Under the pieces are notes generated by a model. That model had not been told where the DNA came from, searched no databases, and saw only the letters and a list, made by a program, of their open reading frames with translations. A stretch of 63,836 nt of DNA, counting the filler, from Acidimicrobiia bacterium (GTDB lineage: Bacteria > Actinomycetota > Acidimicrobiia > Spongiisociales > JAHEDJ01), in NCBI GenBank assembly GCA_029210695.1. It is 3 parts of 3 records of this genome, joined end to end, with 100 filler letters (N's around TTAATTAATTAA, not from the genome) between each part and the next. Parts side by side here need not be neighbours in the genome. Positions count along the whole stretch, not along the records: positions 45,078 to 63,836 come from JARGFH010000062.1; 2 more parts are not named here. One strand, written 5' to 3'. This document shows, in pieces, positions 54,109 to 63,829 of this stretch; the stretch's first letter is position 1, and the number at the start of each line of letters is the position of its first letter. The translations under genes and the position numbers were made by a program.

Positions 54109-56376
54109 TCATTCGTCTGTGGGCTCCCATTCCCAAAAACGGGTTCCCGTCTCACCGATCTCGAAGACGGCCATGCGGTCACTCCCCGGGAGTGGCACGA
54201 TATCCCAGAAGCGCGCCGCGCCGATCGGCGGAAGCTCGGACCAGGTGACGCCATCGAGGGAGAACCAGTGCCGGACCGGCCACTCCTCCTCGCCGCTCCA
54301 CCATCTCGCCGACATGAATAGACCGTTGGCGAGCGGTCGAACATCGATACCAAAGTCCACTCCGACCGTCGGGAGGTCAAGTGGATCCCACTGCCGGCCA
54401 TCGGTCGTCGCATACAGCTTCTGTTCGCCGCAGCACCCGACCAGGAGGTAGTAGACATCTCCGGATGCGAAGAACTGGCTCCAGCCATCGCCGAGGTCCA
54501 ATCCAGGCACTGCCGTCCAACCGTCGTCCGCCCCGATCCGCCAAAGGGATGGCACCGCCGAGTCGGCGACCATCACCACGAAAAAGTCGCCTTTGAATCC
54601 ACCGAGCGCTGAGATGAACCCCTCCACGGGCGGCAACTCGATCTCGTGCCAATCGACGCCGTCTTTGGATGCGGCAAAATCGAACCCGTAGCCCAGAAAG
54701 CCATCCTCGTTGACCCGAGCCAGGCGCTCACCGTTGGAAGCGATGCGCCCGGATCTCCATGCATCTTCCGCCTGCCAGGTCCGCGTCCAGATCCGTCCGT
54801 CGTCGGACCGCAGAATGGTCCAAGTCCACTCTTCACCAACCGACATGCCGCTCGCGAAGTACGGGGCCCGATCTCCTGTGATTTCGTGAATCACCTCGAC
54901 CTCATCGAGGCCGGCCTGCTCGAACGTCAACTCGTCCCAATCGACTCCGTTTGCGGAATGCCAGACCGACTGCTCGGACACGGCCACAAATCCTTCTGTG
55001 ACCTGATGGATCGGCCACAACCGCTGCTCGGCGACCAAACCACGGTCGACCCAGCGACCGACGTAGGGAAGCTCGACCGATGTTGCGACAGATACCGGGC
55101 CATCGGGATCCCACATCCACACGGCCGGTCCTGCCCCATTCTGACCAACGACCACGACTCGCTCGCCAAGCACGGTCATTCCATTCACCTGTTGGGTTGC
55201 TCCGGGATCGCCGTCGAGGAGCACGCCGTCCCACTCCAGGCCACCGTGGCTCCACCACAGACCAGCACGTGAATCGTCTCCGGATGTCTTGGTGCCGGCA
55301 GCAATCAAGCCCGGCCCGGCCTCGAGAACAGAGACGAACCGCACCCCGACGAGTTCGTCGATAAGGTCCCGGTTCCATTCGATGGTATCGAGTGAGGACC
55401 AGACCACCGGAGGACGACGAATCCGCCCTGCTTCGTCCATTTGACTCCGGTCGTGCCGGTCCCCACCGACGGCCAACCATCGGTCACCAACCTCGAGCAG
55501 CTCCCACGGATACTCGAACGGTCCGGGCGCGTCCAGCGGTGAGGTGTTGGCACGCTCCCAGTTGAGGCCGTCGTTGGATTCCCAGAGGCCGGGTCGGAGC
55601 GTCAGATCCCCGACGGCGAGGAACCCGCCACCGGTTTCAGCGATTTCGAGGATTTCGGAGATCAACCCCTCCCGGAGGGTCAACTCCCACGAGGCACCGT
55701 CATCTGCGGAATGCCATATCGCCGCACCGCCGTTGGCGGCACCGCCGGCGATCAACAACCCGTCGGAAGATCGCATCACCGTGGTGATCGAACCTTCGTC
55801 CACCTCACCGAACAGCTCAGCCTGTTGGCTCACCGCGATCATCGACGCCGGCACCCAGGTGACACCATCGGTTGATTGCCAGGCTGCCGGCAGCCTCCAA
55901 CCCGCCGACTGCATCCGCGCCCCCACGGCGACCAATCCGAAGTCCGTTGCCTCGATATCCTCGATCCAAGCCCCGGCGAAGACACCGTCCGGATCGTCGA
56001 CGGGCTCCCACCGCCCCCCGTTCGGCGAACTCCACAGGTGTGAGCCCTCCGGGGACTGCTCTACAGCCAGCAATCCACCGTCAAACACCGTCACATCGAC
56101 GAAGGTGCCCCAGATGCCGACCTGCGCGAAGGACCAGCCGGCCGTCAGATCGGCGGCAAAACCGATCGTTGTGGTCGTCGACACAATCTCAAATCCTGCC
56201 AGCGGCTCCACCGAACGCTCGAGTCTGGTTCCGCCGGTGAAGAGCAACCCGGCAACAACAAAGAGAGGCACGACGATGCCCAGGACCGCCCATCGGGGTC
56301 GGCGAGGCAGTTCCCCTTCGACCCCCAGGTCGCCGGCACCAACCCGTTCCGGACCGGAAGCTACGCTCTCGCTCAC
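54109..56376 (-). CDS. Membrane-anchored protein with many BNR/Asp-box repeats (beta-propellers)
   Basis: N-terminal TM helix; recurring W.S.DG..W motifs. Confidence 0.75.
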   Translation of the reverse strand: MSESVASGPERVGAGDLGVEGELPRRPRWAVLGIVVPLFVVAGLLFTGGTRLERSVEPLAGFEIVSTTTTIGFAADLTAGWSFAQVGIWGTFVDVTVFDGGLLAVEQSPEGSHLWSSPNGGRWEPVDDPDGVFAGAWIEDIEATDFGLVAVGARMQSAGWRLPAAWQSTDGVTWVPASMIAVSQQAELFGEVDEGSITTVMRSSDGLLIAGGAANGGAAIWHSADDGASWELTLREGLISEILEIAETGGGFLAVGDLTLRPGLWESNDGLNWERANTSPLDAPGPFEYPWELLEVGDRWLAVGGDRHDRSQMDEAGRIRRPPVVWSSLDTIEWNRDLIDELVGVRFVSVLEAGPGLIAAGTKTSGDDSRAGLWWSHGGLEWDGVLLDGDPGATQQVNGMTVLGERVVVVGQNGAGPAVWMWDPDGPVSVATSVELPYVGRWVDRGLVAEQRLWPIHQVTEGFVAVSEQSVWHSANGVDWDELTFEQAGLDEVEVIHEITGDRAPYFASGMSVGEEWTWTILRSDDGRIWTRTWQAEDAWRSGRIASNGERLARVNEDGFLGYGFDFAASKDGVDWHEIELPPVEGFISALGGFKGDFFVVMVADSAVPSLWRIGADDGWTAVPGLDLGDGWSQFFASGDVYYLLVGCCGEQKLYATTDGRQWDPLDLPTVGVDFGIDVRPLANGLFMSARWWSGEEEWPVRHWFSLDGVTWSELPPIGAARFWDIVPLPGSDRMAVFEIGETGTRFWEWEPTDE

Positions 56377-56524
56377 GACTCCCCGTGGTTATCTGTTCCC
56401 AGCGTACTCGCAGGACACCGGCGACCACCGAAGGCCAGCGTGCATCTGTACAGTGCCGTGAATCGGGGTCATAGCGGGTCGGGCACCGGGGGAACGGGAG
56501 TCCGGCGAAGCGAGGAGGTCATAG

Positions 56525-56797
56525 ATGGGAAAGCCATGTGAGCACCTGCTGGACGTTCCGGCAGATCCGATGCCGCCGGGAGGCTGCGAGGACTGCCTGG
56601 CCACGGGAGGGACCTGGGTGCATCTCCGATTCTGTGTCGCCTGCGGGCGAACCCTGTGTTGCGACGACTCACCGAACAAGCATGCCCGAAAGCACGCTGC
56701 CGAGCACGGGCACCCGGTAATCCGGTCGAAGGAACCCGGCGAGAACTGGGCCTGGTGCTTCGAGCACGAGACCGGGATCACGCTTCCGGCCGCCTGA
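56525..56797 (+). CDS. UBP-type zinc finger protein
   Basis: CEDC, HLRFCVACG, CCDDSPNKHARKH, WAWCF. Confidence 0.9.
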   Translation: MGKPCEHLLDVPADPMPPGGCEDCLATGGTWVHLRFCVACGRTLCCDDSPNKHARKHAAEHGHPVIRSKEPGENWAWCFEHETGITLPAA

Positions 56798-56811
56798 ACC
56801 TCCGCCCTGTG

Positions 56812-59800
56812 TTACTGCGGATCGTTGGTGGCGATGGCGACGATGTGCCCGCCGGTCGTGGTAACGATCACCGTGTTCTTGAGCACCACCGGTGAGCCCT
56901 GTATCGAGACGATGTCCTCGACGGCCAGGCTCACATCGAACTGCCAGACCTCGGCACCGGTGGCGAGGTCCAGTGCATGGACTATGCCCTGCTGGGTACC
57001 GAAGTACACGATGCCGTCGGCTATCACCGGCGGTGTCGTGATGTCGGAGCCGGCCGCGAATGGCGCCCACGGTCCGAGTTGCTGGGCCGACGCCAGGTTT
57101 TCGGCGGTGAACAGGGTCGGATCGTACGGGAACAGCTTGTCGTTCTCCGCCGAGAAGATGACCCCATCGCTGACCGCGATCGGGTTGCTGACGCCGGCGT
57201 CGATCGTGACCTGGTTGGGAGTTCCGTCGCATGTCTCGGCCGGGGCATATACCAACGCCGCCACGGCTTGCAGGTAGACCGTCCCATCCGAGACAACCGG
57301 ATTTCCGATCGGAGGCTGACTGCCGTCGCGAGTGCACAGCCACTTTCCGGTGGCGACCTCGATCAGATGGAGATCCCCCGTTTCGTCGACGACGTGGAGG
57401 ATGCCGTTCGAGTAGGCCCCCTCGACTCTGATGGGAGCGAACGGGTCCTCGTCCTCCGCCGGAACCATCCACTCGATCCCATCTGAGTTGAACGCGATCA
57501 CCCGGCCACCCTCGGTCGACAACACGGCAAGGTCGCCGGCAATCACGGGACCTGCTGAGACTCCGTCCTCCAACGGTTGCAACCAGGAACTGGCGCCTTC
57601 CACCGATTGTCCCTGGACCGTCCCGTTTTCAGACACATAGATCGCCATCTTTACCGTTGCGTCACCGCGGGCCGGCCGCAGATCGCCCACCGCCACCGGC
57701 ACGAGCACTCTTCCACCCGCCTCGAGCGAGTCGACGGCGACTCCGGTATTGAGGTCGACCAGGAAGACCTGATCGTTCGTTGAGCTACCCAGATAGAGAA
57801 ATCGCCCGGATGCGACCGGATCGGCGCGGAAGAAACCACCCGGCTTCTGCACCCAGTAGGTACCTGCCGGCTCGGTGACACCACCTTCCACGATGCCGGC
57901 GAGCCCGCCCCCACCCCTGAATTGGTAGGAGCCGAACAGACCGAGCTCGGGTGTCTCAACATCCCGCAATTCGAGCGGCAGCGTGGTCGTCGTCGTCGGT
58001 GCCGGGGTCGTGGTAGGGGTGGCGGTCAAAGGCGGTTCAGTCGCATCAGGCTCTGAAAGTAACGCCACGGTGGCGATGACCAGCGCGGCGACTGCGGCCG
58101 CCGCCGCCGCCCAGGTCGTCCATGAAGTCCGGCGGCGGCGGGGTTTCCGTCGCACCAGGCCCCTGGCGCGGCGCTGGGCAGGACTCAACACCATGTCGCC
58201 GGCCAGGCCGGCACTGGTCAGCACATCCGTCAAAAGATCGTCGAGCGCCTCGGGGTCGGCTACCTCTTCGGCCTCAGTGTCGAGCGCATGGGCAAAGGCC
58301 GGGACTGCTTGCAGGTCGGCTTGCCAGTCATCCGGCATGTTCGCCGCCGCGCCGCGCATGAGCGCTCCGACCGGGGCAGCCACTGCCGTATCACTCCAGG
58401 CTCCTGCCGCCTCGATGGCAAGACACGCCTGGGCGGGGGCGCCAACCTGACGGGCTAGTGCAGCAGCCTGGAGACCGAGCTCCGGATCCTTCTCCCGCCT
58501 GGACCGAATCGTGAGGAGCTCCGCAGCAGACAGATACTGCCGCGCTTGGAGAAACTCATCGGTCAGATCCTCCGCTTCCCGCTGCGGCCACGCACCCTCG
58601 AGCATCTCCAGTTCGGTGACGCGGATGAGGTTCCGAACTCGCCAACCGTCGATTCCGGCCGGCGTGAGCTCACGGGCCTCATCAAGGAACTGTCGAGCCG
58701 CCCCTACATCCCCGTCCAGAAGCGCAGCCTTGGCGCGATAGTGCAGCGTCCGGTTGCGCCAGGATTGCAAATGCTCGATAGCTATTTGCCCTGCGTTCTC
58801 GGTTGCCGCGAGGGCGTCCCCGGCACGCTGAAAGGCGAGTGCGCCCTCCGCCTCGCCGAGCGCCACGAGGAACTGGATCGCGAACGCTCCGTGTTCGGAG
58901 GCAATCGCGTTTGCTTGCGCGGCCCGCTCCATCGACTCGTTGATGCGGCCGACCATGGCCAGCGCCCGACTGTGGTAGGCCATCTGATTGGCCTCAGTCA
59001 CGGGGTGCTCGAGATCGCCCGCCTGATCGGCCAGGTCGTCGAAGGTGATCTCGGCCTCGTGGAGCACTCCTCGATCGAATGCCACCCACCCTGAGTTCAT
59101 CAATCCACGGAACCGTTGGGTTCGATCTCCGTGCACCTCGAGGATGGCGATACCGTGGGCCAGAGCGGCATCGGCCTCATCCGCGAATCCAAGCCGGGCG
59201 AGTTCTCGGGCCTGGAGGGTCAGCAGCGAGCCCGCCTTGTCGAACCGGCCGAGGTTGGTTGCCAACCCGGCCCCCAGCGCCGTGAGGGCCTCAGCGCGCT
59301 GCGATTGCTGGAGGTCTGAGGCGACCGCCCCTGCGAAGCCCAGGGCATCGATCAGCTCGGGGCCCTCGAGCCGGCGCACGGCATCCCGGGCATGCTGGTC
59401 GGCATCTGCACTCACACCCCGATTGCGGGCATGGCGGGCGAGCATGAGGTGGAGACGCCCGGCATCGGACCGATCGATTGGTGCAAGTTCGGAGTCCAGT
59501 TCAAAGGCCAGTGTGGCGGCGTCGTCATCGTCATCTGCGAGAGCGGCTGCGACCAGCGCCACGACTGCTTCACGGTCACGCCCTGCTCGGGCCAGCAGCC
59601 GCCCGACCTCGCCGGACGCCCGACCTTCGGCCAGGTGGTCGGCGAGCCGCCCGGCCAGGTAGGCCGCGTAGGGCGGATCGACCTCGGGAGCGGCGCCGAC
59701 GGCTACGTAGCCGGCGCCTTCAGCCGCCAGCAGGCCGGCGTCGACAGCCTGGTGTGCCAGTCCCAGGACATCCTGAGGGCTGAGACCAAGTGCTGCGGCT

Positions 59801-59874
59801 GCCTCGTCAACGCGGAGCGGACGTTCGAGCAGCCCGGCGAGAATGGCCAGATGGGTGAAGTCCCCCGCCGTCAT
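56812..59874 (-). CDS. Large protein: TPR-like helical N-terminus, TM helix, PQQ-like beta-propeller
   Basis: Ala/Leu-rich helical repeats, RRKPRRRR plus TM helix, PT linker, VHALDLATGAEVWQF repeats. Confidence 0.75.
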   Translation of the reverse strand: MTAGDFTHLAILAGLLERPLRVDEAAAALGLSPQDVLGLAHQAVDAGLLAAEGAGYVAVGAAPEVDPPYAAYLAGRLADHLAEGRASGEVGRLLARAGRDREAVVALVAAALADDDDDAATLAFELDSELAPIDRSDAGRLHLMLARHARNRGVSADADQHARDAVRRLEGPELIDALGFAGAVASDLQQSQRAEALTALGAGLATNLGRFDKAGSLLTLQARELARLGFADEADAALAHGIAILEVHGDRTQRFRGLMNSGWVAFDRGVLHEAEITFDDLADQAGDLEHPVTEANQMAYHSRALAMVGRINESMERAAQANAIASEHGAFAIQFLVALGEAEGALAFQRAGDALAATENAGQIAIEHLQSWRNRTLHYRAKAALLDGDVGAARQFLDEARELTPAGIDGWRVRNLIRVTELEMLEGAWPQREAEDLTDEFLQARQYLSAAELLTIRSRREKDPELGLQAAALARQVGAPAQACLAIEAAGAWSDTAVAAPVGALMRGAAANMPDDWQADLQAVPAFAHALDTEAEEVADPEALDDLLTDVLTSAGLAGDMVLSPAQRRARGLVRRKPRRRRTSWTTWAAAAAAVAALVIATVALLSEPDATEPPLTATPTTTPAPTTTTTLPLELRDVETPELGLFGSYQFRGGGGLAGIVEGGVTEPAGTYWVQKPGGFFRADPVASGRFLYLGSSTNDQVFLVDLNTGVAVDSLEAGGRVLVPVAVGDLRPARGDATVKMAIYVSENGTVQGQSVEGASSWLQPLEDGVSAGPVIAGDLAVLSTEGGRVIAFNSDGIEWMVPAEDEDPFAPIRVEGAYSNGILHVVDETGDLHLIEVATGKWLCTRDGSQPPIGNPVVSDGTVYLQAVAALVYAPAETCDGTPNQVTIDAGVSNPIAVSDGVIFSAENDKLFPYDPTLFTAENLASAQQLGPWAPFAAGSDITTPPVIADGIVYFGTQQGIVHALDLATGAEVWQFDVSLAVEDIVSIQGSPVVLKNTVIVTTTGGHIVAIATNDPQ

Positions 59875-59948
59875 GGCCGGTGCCCCGGTCCGGCATCGGG
59901 TCGCGCCACAGCGGCAGCCAGCCTTGGTGGTGTCGTGACTCTTCGCAT
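59871..59948 (-). CDS. Possible 25-aa leader ORF coupled to the downstream gene
   Basis: GGAGG SD; its TGA overlaps ATG 59874 (ATGA). Confidence 0.35.
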   Translation of the reverse strand: MRRVTTPPRLAAAVARPDAGPGHRP

Positions 59949-60127
59949 GTGTCCCCTCCATTTGCCCGGTTCCGCTGTCGAAACACCAGGATGCTGCGAA
60001 GAACATACCCGAGAACGTCGCATTGTGTCGGCAAGGGCGCGGTCGAAACCCCTTCGCCTACCCGAGCTCGTGGATTTGAACTCCTGGTTTCCGCCGCACC
60101 GCCAATTGACAGTTAGCCTCATCGGGC

Positions 60128-60958
60128 GTGGCAATTCTCTTCTCCCTCATGGCGGCAACCTTCAGTGGCGCCGGCGACTTCCTCGGCGGTATGGCGAGCC
60201 GGTACGGGCGAGTCATGGCGGTCGTGGCTGCTTCGCATGTGGCGGGCTTCATCACCGCAGTCGTGTTATCACCGCTGATCCCCGGTGACCCTCTGCCGGC
60301 CGATTTCGGTTGGGGAGCCCTGGCCGGAGTCGGAGGGGCCCTGGCGGTCCTCGCCCTGTACACAGGATTCACCAGGAGCCAGGTCGCCGTGGTATCGCCG
60401 GTGGCCGCCGTAGGAGCAGCAGCCACCGGGGTGGTGTTCGCCTTCATCACCGGCGAGCGCCCGACCGGGTTGCAGTTGGTGGGTGTCGGAATCGGAATTG
60501 CCGCGATCTACCTGATCAGCCGCGCCCCGGTCGATCGCGACGAAACAACCCTGCCCGGGATCGGCTTCGGTGCCCTGGCCGGGCTCGGGTTCGGCAGCAT
60601 GCTCATCTTCCTCAGCCTCGTGTCGGATTCATCTGGCATATGGCCGCTCATCCCCGCCCGCGCCGCCGGCTTCGTATTGCTCTACCTGATTGCCTCACGA
60701 ACCCATGCGGACACCATCCCGCTCCGGGCGTCGTTGGTACCGGCGGCGGGTGCCGGCGCACTCACCATCATCGGAAACGGGTCTTTCATCCTGGCCGTTC
60801 AGCGCGGTTCCCTGGCCATCGTTGCAGTAGTGGCCTCCATGTTTCCGGCGACGACGGTGGTGCTGGCCAGGGTCTTCTTCAAGGAACGGATCTCGACAAC
60901 CCGCCTGGTCGGCCTCGCCGGAGCTCTCGTCGCGGTTGGTCTGATCGCCGTCGGGTGA
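60128..60958 (+). CDS. EamA/DMT family transporter
   Basis: About 10 TM helices, GAGDFLGG, LARVFFKERIS. Confidence 0.88.
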   Translation: MAILFSLMAATFSGAGDFLGGMASRYGRVMAVVAASHVAGFITAVVLSPLIPGDPLPADFGWGALAGVGGALAVLALYTGFTRSQVAVVSPVAAVGAAATGVVFAFITGERPTGLQLVGVGIGIAAIYLISRAPVDRDETTLPGIGFGALAGLGFGSMLIFLSLVSDSSGIWPLIPARAAGFVLLYLIASRTHADTIPLRASLVPAAGAGALTIIGNGSFILAVQRGSLAIVAVVASMFPATTVVLARVFFKERISTTRLVGLAGALVAVGLIAVG

Positions 60959-61004
60959 GTGCGACGACCCTGGTACGGTCCCGCACCTGCGACGAGGAGG
61001 AAGC

Positions 61005-61412
61005 GTGTCGACCTTGAGTGTATCGATCGAAGGACTGCGCGGTCACGCAGCAGTGGGGCGGCAGGAAGATGGCCCGGTCATCCCCCTCGACAGGCCAACG
61101 TCAACCGGCGGCACCGGACTTGGTTTCAACGGCGGACACCTGATGCTGCTGGGCTGGGGAGCCTGCTTCAAGAGCACGCTCGTTTCGGCTGCCGAGGCGC
61201 GCAACATCCCTGTCGATCGCCTGTCGCTATCCATCAGTGGCGATCTCGTGGACGGGCCGTTTCGATTTGCGGCGATCCGGATGCTCGTCGAGCTAGAAGG
61301 GCCTAGCTCCCTCGACGAGAAACGCAAGCTCGTGACGATCGCCAGGAAGGGATGCGCAGTGTCGAACACGCTCGCCGCCGCGACGGACATGGAGGTGTCC
61401 CTGGCGGAGTAG
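61005..61412 (+). CDS. OsmC family protein
   Basis: GGTGLGFNGG..L...GAC and CAVSNTL cysteine pair. Confidence 0.85.
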   Translation: MSTLSVSIEGLRGHAAVGRQEDGPVIPLDRPTSTGGTGLGFNGGHLMLLGWGACFKSTLVSAAEARNIPVDRLSLSISGDLVDGPFRFAAIRMLVELEGPSSLDEKRKLVTIARKGCAVSNTLAAATDMEVSLAE

Positions 61413-61470
61413 CCGGTTGCCTCTAGCTGCGCCACATCCCCGGTGACACAATGGAGGCAGGAGAACCGGC

Positions 61471-61959
61471 ATGAAGAAACTTGCCCGCTGGGTCGGTGGA
61501 GTGGTTACGGCGTTCCTCTTCGCGGAGTTTGGCTTACTCTTTGCCTTCCGTACCGGCTGGGCACCGCTCGTCTACCTCATCCGCCGGTTCAACCGCACGA
61601 TATTCAACCCGATCATGCTCCGCTTTGCCGGCCAACCCGGGTTCTATGCGAGCAAACTGCACCACGTCGGCCGATCGACGGGCAAAGCCTTCACCACGCC
61701 GATCGTGGCGATTCCGGTCGAAGACGGTTTTCTCATCCCGCTTCCCTACGGCGTGTCGGTCGACTGGCTGCGCAACCTGCTCGTCGCTGGAGGTGCGAGT
61801 TTGGCGAGGGACGGCATCGACTTCGAGCTAGATCAACCCAAGGTGCTCGACTACAGCGAGGTGACGGGCCTGCTGCCCGAACGGATGCGCAATCGAATGC
61901 GGATGTATGAGGTGGGTCATTACCTATCGGTCCATGCTGTGACGCAGCCGACGGTCTAG
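61471..61959 (+). CDS. Deazaflavin-dependent nitroreductase-like protein
   Basis: HVGRSTGKAFTTP, LPYG..DWLRNL. Confidence 0.78.
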   Translation: MKKLARWVGGVVTAFLFAEFGLLFAFRTGWAPLVYLIRRFNRTIFNPIMLRFAGQPGFYASKLHHVGRSTGKAFTTPIVAIPVEDGFLIPLPYGVSVDWLRNLLVAGGASLARDGIDFELDQPKVLDYSEVTGLLPERMRNRMRMYEVGHYLSVHAVTQPTV

Positions 61960-62471
61960 CCGGATAGGCCACCCACGAAGGTCCCCGCCTCGAGGTCCTT
62001 AATGACACCCGGGAATCGGAGGACCCGGTTGTGCATCGCCACGTACACACCGGGGTCGATGAGTCGCACCGCCAGCAAAGCCTCAATGAGGTTCTGTAGC
62101 GCGTCGGTGTCCCGCAACTCGTATGGCCGCATGGCGCCGGTGAACACTATGGGACCGCCCGGGGTCCCCAGCGCGTTGGTCGCCTCACCGCTGACCGCCA
62201 ACCGATCCGTACCGTGTACGACGACCACACCATCCGCGGACAAGGCGTGCTCGTAGGCGGTGGCAGCAATGAGATCATGATCCGCCCCGGTCATGTCCAA
62301 ACTGTCTTTGTTCATCAGGTGAACTCGCTCGATCCGCAGATCGGGGATCCGTACCTGCGCCAGCATGTGATCGAGGACGCTCACGGCGTTCGACAGCGTT
62401 CCTGACTGAGTTTCGTAGGTCTTCTCGATCGTCCCGCCGGTTGAGATGAGAGATAATTCGAACGTTGTCAC
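61956..62471 (-). CDS. Asparaginase N-terminal domain protein
   Basis: STGGTIEK, KDSLDM, HGTD, FTGAMRP. Confidence 0.88.
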   Translation of the reverse strand: MTTFELSLISTGGTIEKTYETQSGTLSNAVSVLDHMLAQVRIPDLRIERVHLMNKDSLDMTGADHDLIAATAYEHALSADGVVVVHGTDRLAVSGEATNALGTPGGPIVFTGAMRPYELRDTDALQNLIEALLAVRLIDPGVYVAMHNRVLRFPGVIKDLEAGTFVGGLSG

Positions 62472-62600
62472 GGCAGGGAGCCTAGGACGGATTCGCTCGC
62501 GTAGGCGAGGGCCCACTCACCCGCTCAATACGTGCCTGATAGGTCTGTAGGTGTGTTGCGGGTTCTGTTCCCGTAGCGTTGTAGGGGTCTTGGCGGGTCT

Positions 62601-63761
62601 GGCTCTCTATGTGCCTGCCACCTTTGGGTTGGCTTTCGAACGAGACGCTGAGCTCGCCGGGATTCCTGCTGGCGGTGTGGCTCGAAACAGGCGTAGCACG
62701 CATAGCGGTATCAGGAGTGCCCACTGCTGGTTCCACCGACCCCAATATGAGGAGGTGTGTGATGTCGGTGATTATCGGAATCGACCCCCACAAAGGGTCT
62801 CATACGGCCGCTGCCGTCGACGCGTACGAGGCGACTATTGCTGAGCTTCGGGTGCAGGCGACCCGCCGACAGGCCGGGGAGTTGTTGGCGTGGGCGGGGC
62901 GGTTTCCTGCTCGGCGTTGGGCGATCGAGTCCGCCAACGGCCACGGCTATCTGCTGGCCCAGCAGCTGGTGGCGGCTGGGGAACATGTGGTGGACGTGCC
63001 GTCCACTCAGTCGGCTCGGGTGCGGGTGTTGGGCTCGACCCGCTCGCAGAAGAACGACTCCAACGACGCCCGGTCGGTGGCCATCGTGGCACTCCGCCAA
63101 CCGGGACTGCGGGTGGTGACCACCGAGGATCATGTGGCGGTGTTACGAATGCTGGCCAAGCGTCACAAGCAGCTTTCCAGTCTCAAGACCCAAGCAGCGT
63201 GTCGGCTTCACGCCGTGTTGGCCACCCTGATCCCCGGCGGGTTGGGCAAAGAAATGGTGCCCCGCCAGGCTTCTGAGCTGCTGCGACGGGTCCGTCCAGG
63301 GTCAGTGATCGAAACCGAACGCAAACGCATCGCCCATGACCTGCTCGCCACCGTGCGGCGCCTCGAACGCGAAGTCACCGCCTCGAAGGCTCGGCTAGCT
63401 GTGGCGGTGGAAGCATCGGGCACCACCCTGACCGACATCTACGGAGTCGGACCAGTCGTGGCCGGGTTGATCATCGGCTACACCGGTGATGTGTCCCGGT
63501 TCCCGACCCGCCATCACTATGCCGCCTACAACGGCACCTCCCCAATCGAAGCATCCTCGGGTCAGAAGAAACGGCATCGGCTCAACCCGCGGGGTAACCG
63601 GATGCTCAACCACGCCCTCCACCTCATCGCCATCACCCAACTGCGCTACACCAACACCGAAGGGCGTATCTTCTATGAACGGAAACTGGGTGAAGGCAAA
63701 ACCAAGAAAGAAGCCATCCGGGCGTTGAAACGGCGCCTCTCCGACGTCGTCTACCGCCATC
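62601..63761 (+). mobile_element. IS110-family element (left non-coding end plus transposase), interrupted at its 3' end; left boundary approximate
   Basis: About 160-bp non-coding region ahead of a DEDD transposase. Confidence 0.75.
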
Positions 63762-63829
63762 TGAACCGCCCTGGGTTTGATGGAGACTCGGTTGTTTGGT
63801 TTCCAAGTCATCCGGTAGTGGTCAGTTGA
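62762..63829 (+). CDS. IS110 family transposase/recombinase (last ~22 codons come from the inserted IS)
   Basis: IGIDPHK, WAIE, KNDSNDA, GVGPV, PIEASSG, GNRMLNHALH, ALKRRLSDVVY; GAGGAGG SD. Confidence 0.93.
   Translation: MSVIIGIDPHKGSHTAAAVDAYEATIAELRVQATRRQAGELLAWAGRFPARRWAIESANGHGYLLAQQLVAAGEHVVDVPSTQSARVRVLGSTRSQKNDSNDARSVAIVALRQPGLRVVTTEDHVAVLRMLAKRHKQLSSLKTQAACRLHAVLATLIPGGLGKEMVPRQASELLRRVRPGSVIETERKRIAHDLLATVRRLEREVTASKARLAVAVEASGTTLTDIYGVGPVVAGLIIGYTGDVSRFPTRHHYAAYNGTSPIEASSGQKKRHRLNPRGNRMLNHALHLIAITQLRYTNTEGRIFYERKLGEGKTKKEAIRALKRRLSDVVYRHLNRPGFDGDSVVWFPSHPVVVS

Noticed and set aside
62524..62600. Possible additional IS remnant upstream of IS110 (CAATACGTGCCTGATAGG...)
   Set aside because: No partner inverted repeat or transposase fragment can be recognised
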